From Candidatus Bathyarchaeia archaeon (GTDB taxonomy: Archaea; Thermoproteota; Bathyarchaeia; Bathyarchaeales; Bathycorpusculaceae): a stretch of 64,000 bases of DNA. Location of the stretch: the NCBI GenBank assembly GCA_038883775.1, contig JAVZLM010000005.1, positions 64,001-128,000 of the forward strand, in the 5' to 3' direction. Shown here piece after piece: positions 1 through 8,808 of the stretch. Position 1 is the stretch's first letter. Each line of letters opens with the position of its first letter. A program made the position numbers and the translations under genes. The notes under the pieces are model-generated. The model worked only from the letters and a program-made list of their open reading frames with translations. It was not told where the DNA came from and made no database searches.

Positions 1-15
1 CCTTTACGCCTTCAC

Positions 16-1173
16 TTACCTTTTTAGTGAAAGGAGTTTATCTTCCGCTGCTGCTAATCCAGCTCCAAGTTTGAAATTGTATCCTAAACTTTTCAAAGTT
101 GATTCAATAGCCGCTATTGTAGACATTATATCGTTTTGACTAACGTTTCCCATATGTCCCACTCGGAAGCCCTTCCCCTTTAATGGTCCAAGAGTGGAGG
201 CAACAACAATTCCACACTTTTTCATTTCGCTTCTGAACTTTGCATCATCAATGTTTTCTGGATAATACACGGCAGTAACAGTGTCAGCTGCATGTTCTCT
301 ATCTGCCACCAGCTTAAGGTTTAAGGTGTTCATTGCAGCCCTAAAAGCCTCAGCCAAAACATGATGTCTTCTAAATCGCTCACTTAACCCTTCCTCAAGC
401 ACAATTTTCAAAGCTTCAGAAAGGGCATAAATCATGTTAACTGGCGGAGTTGCAAAGTATTGCGATGGGTCTCGCATAACTGGAAGCCAATTTAGCAAAT
501 TTCCATACCAAAAACTTGGGGGATTTTTTCGCTTTTCAAGATAGTCTAAAACTTTGTCGCTGATTGAAAGTAGGGCTAAACCAGGCGGAACGCCCAGGCA
601 TTTTTGTGAACCGGAAACGCAAATGTCTATGTTCCACTCGTCAACTCGAACTTCCATTCCACCAAGTGAACAGACGGTATCTACAATGTAGAAGGCATCA
701 CTGTTTTCCCTAACAATTTCGCCTATCTCCTTAATTGGGTTCGCAACACCAGTGGACGTTTCAACATGGGTAACAGTAACCGCCTTATAAGAATCCTCTT
801 TTAAGGCATTCCTAATCATTTCCGGCTTTACTGCTTTACCCCACGGCACTTCCAAAACTTTTGCAGTAGCTCCATAAGCCTTTGATATTTTAACGAAATA
901 ATCGCCAAAATAGCCAGCAACCAAATTTAAAATTTTGTCTCCGGGCTCTACGAGGTTGGCAATAGCCATTTCTAGGGCTAGGGTTCCAGAACCAGCTATT
1001 ACAAAAACATCATTTTCCGTCATGAAAACCCTTTTTAAGTTGTTAAGGGTTTCTTTGAAGATTTCAACAAATTCTGGACTTGTGTGGGATAGAGGTGGCT
1101 TGCTTAGAGCTCTTAAAACTTTTGGGTCAACATTTGTTGGACCTGGAATCATGAGAAGCTCTCTTTCACCCAT
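16..1173 (-). CDS. PLP-dependent class V aminotransferase (alanine-glyoxylate/serine-pyruvate type)
   Basis: N-terminal LLMIPGPT, GSGTLALE, HVETSTGV, DTVCS and PLP-lysine motif SGSQKCL, FRVGHMG. Confidence 0.92.
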   Translation of the reverse strand: MGERELLMIPGPTNVDPKVLRALSKPPLSHTSPEFVEIFKETLNNLKRVFMTENDVFVIAGSGTLALEMAIANLVEPGDKILNLVAGYFGDYFVKISKAYGATAKVLEVPWGKAVKPEMIRNALKEDSYKAVTVTHVETSTGVANPIKEIGEIVRENSDAFYIVDTVCSLGGMEVRVDEWNIDICVSGSQKCLGVPPGLALLSISDKVLDYLEKRKNPPSFWYGNLLNWLPVMRDPSQYFATPPVNMIYALSEALKIVLEEGLSERFRRHHVLAEAFRAAMNTLNLKLVADREHAADTVTAVYYPENIDDAKFRSEMKKCGIVVASTLGPLKGKGFRVGHMGNVSQNDIMSTIAAIESTLKSLGYNFKLGAGLAAAEDKLLSLKR

Positions 1174-1246
1174 TTAGGTTAGCCTCCTTATGGCGACCAA
1201 TACAGCTATATTTATGTTTACTTTTAAATTGTGCGGAAGGATTTTC

Positions 1247-1516
1247 TTGTCTGCTAAGGCTGAAGGTTTAGGATTTTGGCGGAAAATCAAAGACTTTTTT
1301 ATCGGAGCAACTGTTTATAGCGCTATTAAGGAACTTGAAGAAAGGAGACTGCTTGTCGAGTATGGGTTAATGCTGGCAGTGATTGGAGACATGCTGGGGT
1401 ATCCTGTTCCTTCTTATTATAAGCTTAGATTGCTTCCTTTTTGGTTGCCAAGGATAGAAGCGTGGAAAAGTTTCTTGCTTAAAGAGAAGGATATAACGGA
1501 GAAGTTGAAGGGATAA
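1247..1516 (+). CDS. Small CstA/ArsA-cluster protein, paralog 1
   Basis: Motif GDMLGYP-YYKLRLLP-WK-LLKEKD shared with next ORF; TTG start at 1247 preferred over 1190. Confidence 0.7.
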   Translation: MSAKAEGLGFWRKIKDFFIGATVYSAIKELEERRLLVEYGLMLAVIGDMLGYPVPSYYKLRLLPFWLPRIEAWKSFLLKEKDITEKLKG

Positions 1517-1575
1517 ATAAGAATAACATTTTTATCTTGAGAGTATTTCCTTATTGTTTTGTGAGTGAAAAACCA

Positions 1576-1863
1576 ATGGCGAAAAAAGAAAAGAACGCGG
1601 AAAAAAGGGAAAGCGAGATTAAAAAGGCAGCAAAGGGCTTAGTTTATGGAATGGCTATGCATGGTATGGTGAGTTATGCCCTAAAAACAAGGATGCACTT
1701 GGAAAATCTTTTTATGCTCATTACAATGGGAGACATGCTAGGCGTTCCAGTATTGCCACCATACTACTGCTTAAGGCTTTTGCCATACTGCGTTCCCCAC
1801 ATTAAAACTTGGAAGAGAACATTGCTGAGGGAACGCGACGTCACTGACTCGATTTTTGCCTAA
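1576..1863 (+). CDS. Small CstA/ArsA-cluster protein, paralog 2
   Basis: Motif GDMLGVP-YYCLRLLP-WK-LLRERD; ATG at 1576 (MAKKE). Confidence 0.72.
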   Translation: MAKKEKNAEKRESEIKKAAKGLVYGMAMHGMVSYALKTRMHLENLFMLITMGDMLGVPVLPPYYCLRLLPYCVPHIKTWKRTLLRERDVTDSIFA

Positions 1864-1879
1864 TGGAGGCTGAACAAAT

Positions 1880-2872
1880 TTGTCAATAACTATGTCGATG
1901 GAAGAATATTTAAAAACTCATCCAAACGTGAAATACATACTCTTCGGCGGTAAGGGAGGACTCGGAAAAACAACGTTGTCTGCTGCAACTGCTTATTGGC
2001 TTTCTAAACATGGGAAAAGGGTTGTTGTATTTTCAACAGATCCCCAAGCAAGTCTCACCGATATTTTTGAGAGGAACATTTTCGGCAAGGGAGAGGTTGA
2101 AATAGCCCCTAACCTTTTTGCGTTGGAAATTGATGCTGATAAACGCATAGCGGACTATCAGCAGGAAATTCGAAACAAGATAATGGAAATGTATGGGGAA
2201 GTTCCAAAAGAAGTGGAAGATTATATTCAATCTTCTGCAGCGGAGCCCGCCATGGCTGAATCAGCAACTTTTGACGCCATGGTTGAGTTGATGACAAGCG
2301 GCACATATGATTACTACATTTTTGATATGATGCCACATGGACATGCTATTCGTTTTCTCGGCATGTCAGAAATATTAGACGCTTGGGTTAACAAAATTGT
2401 TGAGACCAGAAAAAAAGCAGCAGAGTATGGTGATGTAGCTTCTGTTATGAGCGGAAAGGGCGGATTAGCTCAAGAAGATAAGATTTTGGAGGAGTTGGAT
2501 TTCATAAGAACCCGATTAGGATTTGTCAGTAACATGATGAGGGATGAGGAGCACACAGCCTTCTTTTATGTTCTTATACCAGAGCTTATGCCAATTCTAG
2601 ACACCAAAAAAGCCCTAGAGATGTTTAGAGCCTTCAACATTCCATTAAGCGGCGTTATAGTGAATCAAGTTTATCCTACGGATTTGTTAAAGCAAAAGAA
2701 TGTTCCTTCATTCTTAAAAAATAAGATATCAATGCAGCAAGAACACATGAAAACGATTCAAAGAGAGTTTGGACCATTAATTCGTGGAATTGTGCCAATG
2801 TTTGATAGAGAACCAAAGGGGCTTAAAATGATTCCTGAAGTTGCTAAGGTACTATTTAAGGAGGGACGCTAG
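1880..2872 (+). CDS. Get3/TRC40/ArsA-family ATPase 1
   Basis: Deviant P-loop GGKGGLGKTT, switch I STDPQAS, switch II DMMPHGH, VIVNQV; RBS GGAGG upstream. Confidence 0.92.
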   Translation: MSITMSMEEYLKTHPNVKYILFGGKGGLGKTTLSAATAYWLSKHGKRVVVFSTDPQASLTDIFERNIFGKGEVEIAPNLFALEIDADKRIADYQQEIRNKIMEMYGEVPKEVEDYIQSSAAEPAMAESATFDAMVELMTSGTYDYYIFDMMPHGHAIRFLGMSEILDAWVNKIVETRKKAAEYGDVASVMSGKGGLAQEDKILEELDFIRTRLGFVSNMMRDEEHTAFFYVLIPELMPILDTKKALEMFRAFNIPLSGVIVNQVYPTDLLKQKNVPSFLKNKISMQQEHMKTIQREFGPLIRGIVPMFDREPKGLKMIPEVAKVLFKEGR

Positions 2873-2874
2873 TT

Positions 2875-3879
2875 ATGAGTCAAACTCAAACCTTTGGAGA
2901 CTTCATATCCTCAAATCCTCAATTGAAATACATGTTTTTTGGAGGGAAGGGTGGGGTAGGTAAGACCGTAGTTGCTGCTGGCGCTGCCTATTATTTGGCT
3001 GAAAAGTTGGGCAGAAAAACGTTAATTTCATCCACTAATCCTGTTCATAGTTTGTCAAGCGCTTTTGGACAAGACATTTGGGGCAAAGGCATCCGAAAAA
3101 TTGAGGGGGCAAAAAATCTTTACGCTATTGAGATTGATGTAACAGACACGATTAAGAGGTATAAAGAGGAAATACGTGAAAAAATTCTCACGTTTTTGAA
3201 GTATGCAGATATACCATTGGACCCTGAACCTTTTGTGGATATTGCTACCACGAATCCAGCTTTTGAAGAATCTGCCATGTTTGATGACATGATTGATTTG
3301 ATATTGAAGGGCGAATTTGACGCTTACATTTTTGACACTGCACCAGTTGCCCACACCTATCGCCTTTTGGGAATGTCTAAAGTTTATGATCTTTGGCTGC
3401 ATAAAATGGTTGAAAGCCGAAAGGAAGCCCTTTCCCTACGGGTTAAGTTGTCTTTTAGAAAAGAAAAGATTATGGAGGAAATAAAGCGAGATCCCATGCT
3501 TGCCAGTCTCTTAGCCACCAGGGAAAAGACTGAGAAGGGACGAAAGCTTTTGACGGATAAGGAGAAAACAGCATTCTTCTTTGTTACGTTACCGCTTGCT
3601 CTTCCTATAGCGGTTATTGAGCGTTTCATTGGTTGGGTTAAAGCCTTCGATATACCAACTGGCGGCGTTATAGTGAATGAGGTTTTGCCAAAGGAAGAGT
3701 TTGACTTGAAAAATGCTACATCCTACATAGTTAACAAGATTCAGGAGCAAGAAGGCTACTTGAAAATGATTCACAGCAAGTTTCCAGGAATGGTTCGCGG
3801 TTATGTTCCGTTGTTTGAAAAAGAAGTCGCTGGTTTAGAAATGATTGCCCGTGTGGCAGACGCCTTAGGGAAAAAATAA
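2875..3879 (+). CDS. Get3/TRC40/ArsA-family ATPase 2 (switch I D->N)
   Basis: GGKGGVGKTV, STNPVHS, FDTAPVAHT, VIVNEV. Confidence 0.92.
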   Translation: MSQTQTFGDFISSNPQLKYMFFGGKGGVGKTVVAAGAAYYLAEKLGRKTLISSTNPVHSLSSAFGQDIWGKGIRKIEGAKNLYAIEIDVTDTIKRYKEEIREKILTFLKYADIPLDPEPFVDIATTNPAFEESAMFDDMIDLILKGEFDAYIFDTAPVAHTYRLLGMSKVYDLWLHKMVESRKEALSLRVKLSFRKEKIMEEIKRDPMLASLLATREKTEKGRKLLTDKEKTAFFFVTLPLALPIAVIERFIGWVKAFDIPTGGVIVNEVLPKEEFDLKNATSYIVNKIQEQEGYLKMIHSKFPGMVRGYVPLFEKEVAGLEMIARVADALGKK

Positions 3880-3889
3880 AAGGGGAAAA

Positions 3890-5587
3890 TTAAGTTTTAG
3901 CAGTTTCTTCCTTTGGCTTTGCCCTTAACCGCTGGAAAGCTTTTGCTCCCTCATAACACATGAAAAGACCAAGAATTAACAAGAAGATATTTACAATAGC
4001 TGCAATTAAGGCTCCGATTTTCGAAGGATCTGCAATGTATCCAGTAATTCCACTGTATGTAAGATACGCCAACGCTGACAAGGTAGTTGCTAACATGAAA
4101 AGCATAGGAATCACGGTATAGATTGTGGGACGTTTTTCTTTGGTAAGCCATAGGGACACTATCATCAATGCCAATCCAGCCATGAGTTGATTAGCTCCGC
4201 CGAAAGTGCCCCAAATATAGCTGAATACAGCACCAACGTGTGGACTTGTTATTAAATAGACTATTATGCATACTAAGATGGCACTGAAGTACATATTCTT
4301 GAATATTCCGCCAAATCTGGGCCCACCTAAATCTGACAGAACCAAGCGGGTAATCCTGAGTCCTATATGCATTATTGTTATCGCTAATATAATTAGCATT
4401 ACAGACGTCAATGCATTTCCAACAGTTTCTGAAATTCCTATATAACCTAATAGTTGGGAACCGCCTTTTACAAATACGCTTCCTGCAGCAGTTGTTTCTA
4501 CCAAGCTTGGAGAAAGAATTGCGCATGTAACCAAAGCCACAGTTGCCAGTATTCCCTCAGCCAACATTGCGCCACCACCTATGAAATGAGCATCAGGTTC
4601 TGTATCCAACTGTTTTGAAGTAATGGAAGAGCCTATTAAGCTGTGCCATCCAGATATTGCTCCACATGCGATGGTTACAAACATCATCGGCCATAACGGA
4701 CCAATTGCTGCTGAGTTAACCCATTTTCCCGTAGTCCAAAAGGTTGTGGTCGCTGTTTGCGAAAAATTCGGAGCGCCAATGATAGCGCCAATAATTATGC
4801 CTATAACGCCTGAATATACAAGATAGAAGGAAAGATAGTTAATGGGTTGTATGAAAACCCAAATCGGCAGCACAGCTCCAAGGAAACAGAAGAGCAGAGT
4901 TATGAACATCCAAAAATCTAAAGCGTTTGGAAATGGACCTGTCGCTGGAAGAGGGACCCTAAAAGGTTGGGCTATACCAGCCCAGATTCCTAGAAACATT
5001 ACTATTACGGCGATGATCGTGGTGTAAACTATGTTAACTTTAAGCTTATATGTCATAAAACCTGCTAGCACACCTATAAGTGTTACAATAAGCACAGGTA
5101 TTGGACTTACGGGATAGCTTCTAAATAATCCTGCAACAACGTTGGTGAACGATGAAAGAATCAAAATGATATACCAGAGAATATACCATAACAATATTGT
5201 CCGAGCCCTTGGCGAAACTAACTCATAAGTTATAGGTCCAAAAGAAGCGCCTTCCGATCTTGCTGATACCATTAAGCTTCCATAGTCATGTATCCAGCCG
5301 ATGAATATTGTTCCAAAGAGAATCCACAAAAGGGCGGGAAGCCATCCCCATTGAACGCCAATAATTGGGCCAAGAACAGGTCCCAAGGCTGCTATGCTTT
5401 TCCATTGGAAGCCGAATAGGACGTATTTGTTTGTTGGAAAGAATTCAACGCCATCCATGTATGTGTGTGCGGGCGTTTCTCGTTTAGGGTCTGACATTAT
5501 GACGTTTCTGTCAAACCATTTGACATAGCCCCAATAGGCAATTGCGTAAAGGATTATACCCAATAGAATGACAATTACTGAGAGCAT
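3890..5587 (-). CDS. cstA: Carbon starvation protein A family transporter
   Basis: TPAH..DGVEF, GPVLGPI, WGWLPALLWI, HDYGSL, FVTIACGAISGWHSL, FGGANQL; many TM helices; ATG at 5587 after GGAGGAG. Confidence 0.93.
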   Translation of the reverse strand: MLSVIVILLGIILYAIAYWGYVKWFDRNVIMSDPKRETPAHTYMDGVEFFPTNKYVLFGFQWKSIAALGPVLGPIIGVQWGWLPALLWILFGTIFIGWIHDYGSLMVSARSEGASFGPITYELVSPRARTILLWYILWYIILILSSFTNVVAGLFRSYPVSPIPVLIVTLIGVLAGFMTYKLKVNIVYTTIIAVIVMFLGIWAGIAQPFRVPLPATGPFPNALDFWMFITLLFCFLGAVLPIWVFIQPINYLSFYLVYSGVIGIIIGAIIGAPNFSQTATTTFWTTGKWVNSAAIGPLWPMMFVTIACGAISGWHSLIGSSITSKQLDTEPDAHFIGGGAMLAEGILATVALVTCAILSPSLVETTAAGSVFVKGGSQLLGYIGISETVGNALTSVMLIILAITIMHIGLRITRLVLSDLGGPRFGGIFKNMYFSAILVCIIVYLITSPHVGAVFSYIWGTFGGANQLMAGLALMIVSLWLTKEKRPTIYTVIPMLFMLATTLSALAYLTYSGITGYIADPSKIGALIAAIVNIFLLILGLFMCYEGAKAFQRLRAKPKEETAKT

Positions 5588-5686
5588 TTTTCTCCTCCAA
5601 AAATGTATATTGAGGGTTATCTTAATATAAAACTTATCATACACATCAAAGCAGAATGGCCGCCCGTCAACGAAAGGAGCCTTAAA

Positions 5687-6343
5687 ATGTACGAATTTAC
5701 TGCAATCTTCCTTCTCGCTTTACTTTTTATAATTGTATACTTTATTGGAATGAGACAAAACCGAAAGATTGCAGTCAAATACGCCAGAACAGTAAAGGAA
5801 TATATGTCTCCGAAAAGCGAGTTTGTAGGCTTCCGTCCATACAGCCGAGGAGGATTTAGAGCAGTATGCAAAATGAAAGAAAAGGAGGCTTTCAAACAAA
5901 TTGAAATGGCAGTAAGCCTCGTAGACCGGGAAAACCTAATGCATTACCCATTAACACTACTAACAAAAGACACCGATCGCCTCGCATGTTGGGGGTTCCT
6001 TAAAGACCCATTATCTCTCAGCATGGAAATCCTATCAAAACCAAATGAAAAAATACGTAAAAAAATGGCTACGGAGAAAAACCTTAAAGAGATAACCGTA
6101 AACAATACATTAAATTCCTCTTTTACTATCCTCACATCAGACCAAAAGTCTGCAAAAAGATTCTTGTCCTATACTAAACTCGAAAAATGCCTAATGGAAA
6201 CGAAGGATTTTGTAAAACGTCTTTCTTTAGACAGCAAAGATTCAAGAATATATTTAATAGGCGACTTGCGAGATGAGTCCACAATAAAATCACTTTTTGA
6301 CATTTTGTTGTGTTGTGGTGAACAAAGCAGAAAAATACACTAA
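5687..6343 (+). CDS. Single-pass membrane protein resembling CCDC47/DUF1682 (PAT complex subunit)
   Basis: N-terminal TM then [12 protein letters not shown], and LVDRENLM...DRL; ATG at 5687 after AGGAG; family similarity recognised by eye from memory. Confidence 0.6.
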   Translation: [218 protein letters not shown]

Positions 6344-6864
6344 TTATAGCTTTTAATAAATTGTTTCTGGATTTCAATAACTGCTAAGCTATCTGCAGCT
6401 TTTGCGTAGCTTTCAAGCTTTTCTTTGTTTATTTCGATGAAAGTGTGTCCCCACTTAAATATGGAAAGAAGCCTTTGCGCTTCTTCTTTGAATCCAGCTA
6501 TGTATAGGGCTCCAGCTAAAGCCTCAACAGTGCTAAGTTGGGTTGGCTTGCCAAAGTTGATTGGGTTTCCGGCAACCAAAACTGGTAAGCAGCGAGCGGT
6601 TCCTCTCACGTGTTTTGATAAAACTTTTTGGGCATGTTCCCAACTGCAATCTAAGGCAGCTAATCCAAATTTTTCTATGCGTTGCCTATCCGCTGGAGAA
6701 AAGGCTATTTCCGAAAAGGGGTTAAGCACAACAGCCCTTTTCGGCAAGAACTTTATTTGATTTACCATGCGGATTAGCCCGTGGCGTTTGAGCTTTAGGG
6801 CTGTACACTTTTTAGGGTCGCATTGCCCAGCATGATAAACAACAATTCTAACTCTTTCTTGCAC
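6340..6864 (-). CDS. tsr3: SSU rRNA aminocarboxypropyltransferase Tsr3
   Basis: QCDPKKCT, LDCSW, RCLPVLVAGNPINFG, LSTVEAL, FKWGHTF. Confidence 0.95.
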   Translation of the reverse strand: MQERVRIVVYHAGQCDPKKCTALKLKRHGLIRMVNQIKFLPKRAVVLNPFSEIAFSPADRQRIEKFGLAALDCSWEHAQKVLSKHVRGTARCLPVLVAGNPINFGKPTQLSTVEALAGALYIAGFKEEAQRLLSIFKWGHTFIEINKEKLESYAKAADSLAVIEIQKQFIKSYN

Positions 6865-8392
6865 TGTTCTTGCGCACCTTCAAGTGGCTCATGGGGTCAT
6901 CTAAAACTTTCGGAATCCACTGCAGCAAATCACTGGAAACCATGTGGCAACCCTTCTCTTCAAAAACAAAGTCTCCAGCGGCACCATTAACAAAGGCTCC
7001 AGCCACAGCAGCCTCAAAAGGATCGCACTGTTGGGCTAAGAGGGCGCCCACAATTCCCGAAAGCACGTCTCCTGTTCCGCCAACGGTCATGCCTGGGTTT
7101 CCAGTAAAGTTGAGTTTGAAGCGTTTTTCGTCGCAGATTATGTCCACTGGACCTTTCAAAAGTATTACAGCGCCCAATTCTGCCGCTGTCTTCTGCACTT
7201 CATAAACCCTTTCCTTCAAACTTTCCGGAAGCCGCCTTCCCGTGAGTGTAACATATTCACCAGCGTGGGGTGTCAAAACTAAAGGCACATTTAACTTTCT
7301 TTTGAATTCTGAAAAAGCTTTAAGCGCATCCGCATCTAAAAGCAAAGGTTTCCCAGCCATTTCCACAGCCTCCACAACAGCCTTTACTGCTTCTCGCGTT
7401 TCCACATGCAACCCAAGACCCGGTCCCAAAACGACTGCGTTTGCTATTTCTATGTAGGTTTTCAACATTGGTATATTGCTTATGTTTAGGTGTTTTCCCT
7501 CAAGCTTTATTGTGATTAAATCTGGTGACATGGAAGAAATGGTATAGGCGGTTTTCTCCGGCGCAGCAATATAAGCTAAATCCACGCCAGTTCGTAGAGC
7601 GGCCAAAGCAACAAAGGCGGGAGCCCCAGAAAAGCTTTCGCTTCCTCCAATTACAAGTAGGCGCCCAAAATCTCCTTTATGGGACTCCGAAGGGCGAGGT
7701 TTAACAACCAGCGAAACGTCTCCTGGTCCTGCAAAGTTTTCAAAATCTTTTGGTAACCCTATGTCTTTTACTTTTAATTCGCCAATATAATCTCTTGCTT
7801 TTTCGAGTCCCTGCTTTGTTTTGTGGAAAGTTATGGTTAGGTCGGCTTTGACGGCTTCGCCTAAAATTTCTCCGGTGTCCGAGTCGATTCCCGTTGGTAC
7901 GTCAACTGCAATCTTGAAGGCGTTCATAGAGTTGATTTTTTGGACAAGCTGCAAAATTGGCGGTCTCAATTTTCCTTTAGTGCCTATCCCAAGTAAGGCA
8001 TCGACCACGATATCTGCTTTTATTTCGGGTATGAGTATGCTATCATAAACTTCGTAGATTGGAATTGTTTCCTTCAAAAATTGTAGGGCTTCCCAGTTTT
8101 TTAATGCCGCCTTGTCTGTTATTTCTTTGGCTTTTCCAGCAAGAATTACCGTGACTTTAAAGCCAAATGAGGAAAGATGCCTAGCGATAACGAAACCGTC
8201 GCCGCCATTCCCGCCTAATCCGCAGAAAACTGCAACACTTTTTTCCGGTGGGAATCGCGAAGCAACCTCCAAAGCCACATTATGCCCAGCATTCTCCATT
8301 AATTGAAGTCTGGAAACACCAAAATATTCGCTGTTTAGCTCTAACGCCCGCATCTCTCGGCTGGTTATGACACTTTCACTTTTTTCCAGCAT
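6848..8392 (-). CDS. nnr: Bifunctional NAD(P)H-hydrate epimerase/dehydratase
   Basis: LMENAG, GNGGDG, DVPTG (YjeF-N); HKGDFG, TPHAGE, GGTGDVL (YjeF-C). Confidence 0.95.
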   Translation of the reverse strand: MLEKSESVITSREMRALELNSEYFGVSRLQLMENAGHNVALEVASRFPPEKSVAVFCGLGGNGGDGFVIARHLSSFGFKVTVILAGKAKEITDKAALKNWEALQFLKETIPIYEVYDSILIPEIKADIVVDALLGIGTKGKLRPPILQLVQKINSMNAFKIAVDVPTGIDSDTGEILGEAVKADLTITFHKTKQGLEKARDYIGELKVKDIGLPKDFENFAGPGDVSLVVKPRPSESHKGDFGRLLVIGGSESFSGAPAFVALAALRTGVDLAYIAAPEKTAYTISSMSPDLITIKLEGKHLNISNIPMLKTYIEIANAVVLGPGLGLHVETREAVKAVVEAVEMAGKPLLLDADALKAFSEFKRKLNVPLVLTPHAGEYVTLTGRRLPESLKERVYEVQKTAAELGAVILLKGPVDIICDEKRFKLNFTGNPGMTVGGTGDVLSGIVGALLAQQCDPFEAAVAGAFVNGAAGDFVFEEKGCHMVSSDLLQWIPKVLDDPMSHLKVRKNSARKS

Positions 8393-8505
8393 ACCAAAAC
8401 CTAATAGTTTAATGCCTAAAATAGAAGATAAGCCTATCCATGCTATTCAAAATTTAGCAAAATATTTTAATGCATAAAGATAAAACATTAAGTGAGGAGA
8501 ATTTC

Positions 8506-8745
8506 ATGCCAACAGCCTTTGTGTTGATAAATACTGAGATAGGCTCAGAAGCAGATGTGCTAAAAGACCTTAAGAAAGTGGAGGGAGTGGACGAAGCCTT
8601 CGCTGTTTATGGCGTATATGACATTGTTGCAAGGGTTAAAGCAGAATCCATGGATAAGCTTAAGGAAATTGTAACCTGGCGAATAAGGAGACTTGATAAG
8701 GTTAGGTCAACTTTAACAATGATTGTTGTGGAAGAGTCGAAATAA
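8506..8745 (+). CDS. Lrp/AsnC ligand-binding (RAM) domain protein
   Basis: AFVLIN, VYGVYDIV, VRSTLTMIV; no HTH. Confidence 0.88.
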   Translation: MPTAFVLINTEIGSEADVLKDLKKVEGVDEAFAVYGVYDIVARVKAESMDKLKEIVTWRIRRLDKVRSTLTMIVVEESK

Positions 8746-8808
8746 CAAAACTTCCTCTTTTTTATTTACCTAAGCTTTCCTTTATTCATCAAGAATGGGA
8801 CACCATAA

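Noticed and set aside
1247-1863. Small proteins as homologues of Asterix, the CCDC47 partner
   Set aside because: Similar size only; I see no sequence resemblance and only one hydrophobic helix
1880-3879. Arsenic-resistance (arsA) operon
   Set aside because: No arsB/acr3/arsC/arsD/arsR nearby and neither ATPase contains Cys ligands; the context is cstA
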